Shown here in pieces: positions 17,984 to 20,656 of a stretch of 20,656 nucleotides of DNA. A model generated the notes under the pieces. That model saw only the letters and a list, made by a program, of their open reading frames with translations, ran no database searches and was not told the DNA's origin. Each line of letters opens with the position of its first letter. The first letter of the stretch is position 1. A program made the translations under genes and the position numbers. Source of the stretch: a virus (Duplodnaviria; Heunggongvirae; Uroviricota; Caudoviricetes); IMG/VR virus record IMGVR_UViG_2778261572_000002, positions 1 to 20,656 of that record. One strand, written 5' to 3'.

Positions 17984-19565
17984 TCAGTCGCCCCCAGATA
18001 TCCGCCACAAAGAATGCCTGCGTCAGCAACTGCCGCAGCGTGTCATCCGGCAGCTCCGGCCATGCTTCCGCCAGTACGTTCATGGCCTCGTCTGCATCCC
18101 GGCCTTCCTGTATGGCCTGCACCAGTGGGGCCACCAGCTCGTTCATTCCCTGCGCGATGGCTTCTGCCGGAAGTTCTGCCCGGTCGATGGCGCGTTGTGC
18201 CGGGTCGTCCTCTCCGTTGTCCTGCTGACTGAGTGCAGCAACATTCAGTCGCTCACGCAGCTGGCTGAGGCCCGCCTGCACAGGCAGACGCTGTGCCACC
18301 GGCACCAGTACCTCTTCGCCGTCTTTCGGGGTGGGGATACCGGTTTTTTTGCGTACCCACGACGCCGGGATATCCTTCATACCCACACTGTTGAGCAACA
18401 CGCTGACGGCGTCCGCCACGCCCTTAATGTCGGCTTCCTGCTGCACATCAAACACCAGTCGCGGCAGACGGCGGGGCGGGATATCCTGCCAGCCGTTGAG
18501 GCTGGCCATCATCTGTATCAGGCTGCTGAACATGCCGGACAGCTGGCGTGCATCGGCGGCCAGAATGTCGTGCCGGACCTCGTTATGCACATTACCCAGC
18601 GCGTTGGTGGAGGTTTTACCGTCAGCCTGGCTGGTCAGCGTACTGCCCAGAATCACTTTTGAGGTGGTGCGCTCTGCCCATTCCACCATCGACATGAACG
18701 CCTCCGGTCCGCCGGACGCGGCCTCCTTGAACTCAATTTCGTTACCCTGCGGCAGGGCTGCCACCGCTTCATGACCCAGATTGACCAGCGCCTCAAGAAT
18801 GTTGTCCCGGTCCTCGTCACTGGTGCCCTGTGCATAGTAGGCAATACGCGCCGGAAGGCCGTAAATCTCCAGAAATTCTGCCATATCACGCAGCGCAAAG
18901 TTTTTGAACAGATATGGCCAGACCAGTACGCGGAACAGGCCGGATGAACCCAGGAACCCCGACCGGGCGTTGTAACGGTGAACCAGCCAGCCGAACGGCC
19001 ACAGCGCGGAACCGTCCTTACCATCCTCCCCACGATTGCCGTCATCCAGACGGAGTTCGTCATTGTGTTCCGGCAGGGTAATAAACCAGTTATGCGGGCG
19101 CAGCGTCACCGCATCCGGTAACCACGTTTTATCCACGAACGCCCAACTGATTTCCTGACAGCTGAAGCCATAACCGACACTGCTCATCCCGTTGAGGATG
19201 ATGTCCTCCATGTCCGGGATGCCGTGCAGCCATTCATCCACGGCGGCAGCCAGCTCCTTTTCTGCCTTCGAGGCATTGCGGGGCGGCTCCACCGACCAGT
19301 CCAGCGTCAGCAACGCTTTTTTGCGCTTTTCCATCTCGGCGAACAGATGGCCATCACGTTCTTCCATATCCGCAAACAGCATCGCCTGCGCCGGAAGATA
19401 GCCGCGCTCGGCGGCTTCCAGAATGCGCGGCAGTTTTCTGATGTTCAGACCACGGGACGGGTGGTCGGGATAAATGCGCAGCCGTTCCGCCACTCTGACC
19501 GACTGCGTGGTTTTGAGTGCCTCACGTTTCAGCGGGCGTCCGTAAATATCAACAAGCTGTGCCAT
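17970..19565 (-). CDS. Portal protein (Mu gp29-like)
   Basis: Start moved from 19571 to the second ATG at 19563-19565 (MAQLVDIYGRPLK...): GGAGG directly abuts the first ATG (spacing 0) but is 6 nt from the second, which overlaps the terminase TAA by 1 nt. About 531 aa, immediately after the terminase. Confidence 0.85.
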   Translation of the reverse strand: MAQLVDIYGRPLKREALKTTQSVRVAERLRIYPDHPSRGLNIRKLPRILEAAERGYLPAQAMLFADMEERDGHLFAEMEKRKKALLTLDWSVEPPRNASKAEKELAAAVDEWLHGIPDMEDIILNGMSSVGYGFSCQEISWAFVDKTWLPDAVTLRPHNWFITLPEHNDELRLDDGNRGEDGKDGSALWPFGWLVHRYNARSGFLGSSGLFRVLVWPYLFKNFALRDMAEFLEIYGLPARIAYYAQGTSDEDRDNILEALVNLGHEAVAALPQGNEIEFKEAASGGPEAFMSMVEWAERTTSKVILGSTLTSQADGKTSTNALGNVHNEVRHDILAADARQLSGMFSSLIQMMASLNGWQDIPPRRLPRLVFDVQQEADIKGVADAVSVLLNSVGMKDIPASWVRKKTGIPTPKDGEEVLVPVAQRLPVQAGLSQLRERLNVAALSQQDNGEDDPAQRAIDRAELPAEAIAQGMNELVAPLVQAIQEGRDADEAMNVLAEAWPELPDDTLRQLLTQAFFVADIWGRLNADS

Positions 19566-20656
19566 TACCATCCTCCTGAACCAAAACGCCCGCCACGGTC
19601 ACGCCCGGTGCTGCGTGGGGTGTGAATCTGAAATTTTGCGCTGCGCGATACCGCCAGCGTCCACAGCATGTGCAGACAGTCCGGGCCATCATCGTGGTCG
19701 GCTTTGGGGTAGTGGCGCAGCTGGTCAATCAGTGTCTGATGTGTGTGGCTGATACGAATCAGGCCGTTGGCCATATGCGGCTGAAGGGATTCAATACGCA
19801 GCGCCTTATCCTCCAGCGGGATGACCGGCAGCGCCGGAACCGGTACGCCCAGCGCCGCCGAACGCTCAACCAGCACGGTACGCAGAAACTCCTGAAACTG
19901 GACGGACTCAAACGACCAGCACAGGCAGTGATATTCCCGCTGATACTTAATCACGTCTTCGATAAGTTTATTCGGCAGACGTCGGCGGATATCGGCTTCA
20001 ACCACATCCAGAATGCCGGTAAAGCGGTTAAAGCCCCCCACGAGAATGGCCGACGGGTCGCGGTTTTTGTTTTTCTTCCCGAGACTGGGGTCAACAGCAC
20101 CATAAAACACCCATTCATCAAGACGGTTAACCCAGAACTTAATGCAGCCCGCAAACAGCGCATCTTCACCGCTGACCGGGTCGTTCTGGTATTCAGAATC
20201 AAAGGTGTCATGACCGTCACGGACACGGATTTTCATCAGCGCCAGCAGGGGACGCGCCGCCCATGACACCACTGACCCGGCGAGCATGTCGGCTTCGTTC
20301 TGCCGGTAAAGTGCCTCCGCCGCTTCCGGCTGTTTGTTGCGGATGAGTTCTTCCCACTCGTCCCACAGCTTCATATTGGCAGGCCACTGAATAACGGCCT
20401 TAAAGCGGGCCGTTTTCCACATCGGGTTATTGAGTGTGCGCGACAGTACGGAGTCGTAATGCAGGATGGTTCCGATATAAATAATATCGGTTTTACCGCC
20501 AGCCTCACCCAGCGGCATCACGGTTTTGGTGAGCCAGTCGTGCAGCTTGTCGCGCTGCTCCGGGTTACGCACCATCTCGTCGTTCTCGATGTCGTCGAGG
20601 ATGACCAGGTCAGGACGGTACGGACCGTGGCGCAGACCACGCAGTTTTTTACCACT
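19565..20656 (-). CDS. Terminase large subunit, C-terminal ~360 codons (N-terminus beyond window end)
   Basis: The reading frame is open from the window end (...LVILDDIENDEMVRNPEQ...) to the TAA at 19565-19567. Contains acidic motifs (...DHDDGPD...) consistent with the terminase nuclease domain. Directly upstream of the portal. Confidence 0.8.
   Translation of the reverse strand, partial: SGKKLRGLRHGPYRPDLVILDDIENDEMVRNPEQRDKLHDWLTKTVMPLGEAGGKTDIIYIGTILHYDSVLSRTLNNPMWKTARFKAVIQWPANMKLWDEWEELIRNKQPEAAEALYRQNEADMLAGSVVSWAARPLLALMKIRVRDGHDTFDSEYQNDPVSGEDALFAGCIKFWVNRLDEWVFYGAVDPSLGKKNKNRDPSAILVGGFNRFTGILDVVEADIRRRLPNKLIEDVIKYQREYHCLCWSFESVQFQEFLRTVLVERSAALGVPVPALPVIPLEDKALRIESLQPHMANGLIRISHTHQTLIDQLRHYPKADHDDGPDCLHMLWTLAVSRSAKFQIHTPRSTGRDRGGRFGSGGW

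Noticed and set aside
18131-18138. Chi site (GCTGGTGG on the minus strand)
   Set aside because: A single octamer in 20 kb is within chance expectation for an enterobacterial sequence and carries no specific meaning here.
17619-18662. Long plus-strand ORF (347 aa) and many other plus-strand ORFs in the track (e.g. 13053-13649, 16197-16787, 19622-20266, 3925-4419, 4420-4929)
   Set aside because: All lie antisense to well-supported, tightly packed minus-strand structural genes. Translations are Arg/Cys/His/Pro-rich low-complexity sequence typical of antisense frames in GC-rich coding DNA, and none has a convincing SD.

Overview
The window is a contiguous, gene-dense late (virion morphogenesis) region of a Mu-type myovirus prophage, probably from an enterobacterial host, with every supported gene on the minus strand. 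Read in transcription order (high to low coordinate): terminase large subunit (3' part, truncated at window end), portal, Mu F-like and Mu G-like head morphogenesis proteins, a 155-nt intergenic region with a perfect AT-rich palindrome, Mu I-like protease/scaffold, a small unassigned protein, major capsid, four small head-completion/connector proteins, tail sheath, tail tube, tail assembly chaperone plus a small overlapping ORF, tape measure, Mu N-like and P-like proteins, baseplate spike, gp46-like, baseplate J, gp48-like, a short tail fibre with its assembly chaperone, and the start of a second tail fibre gene with collagen-like repeats (truncated at window start). Most junctions are translationally coupled (ATGA / TAATG overlaps) and no gene looks disrupted. 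I see no defence system, toxin, integrase, tRNA or CRISPR array; the plus-strand ORFs in the track are antisense artefacts. All family assignments come from reading translations and from gene order, not from any database search, so they are recollection-based. Several start codons were re-assigned from the ORF track, which takes the furthest ATG/GTG/TTG. Nothing here looks like a new system; the most notable points are the tandem tail-fibre loci, the collagen-like repeat, the G-I intergenic palindrome and an unresolved overlapping ORF between chaperone and tape measure.
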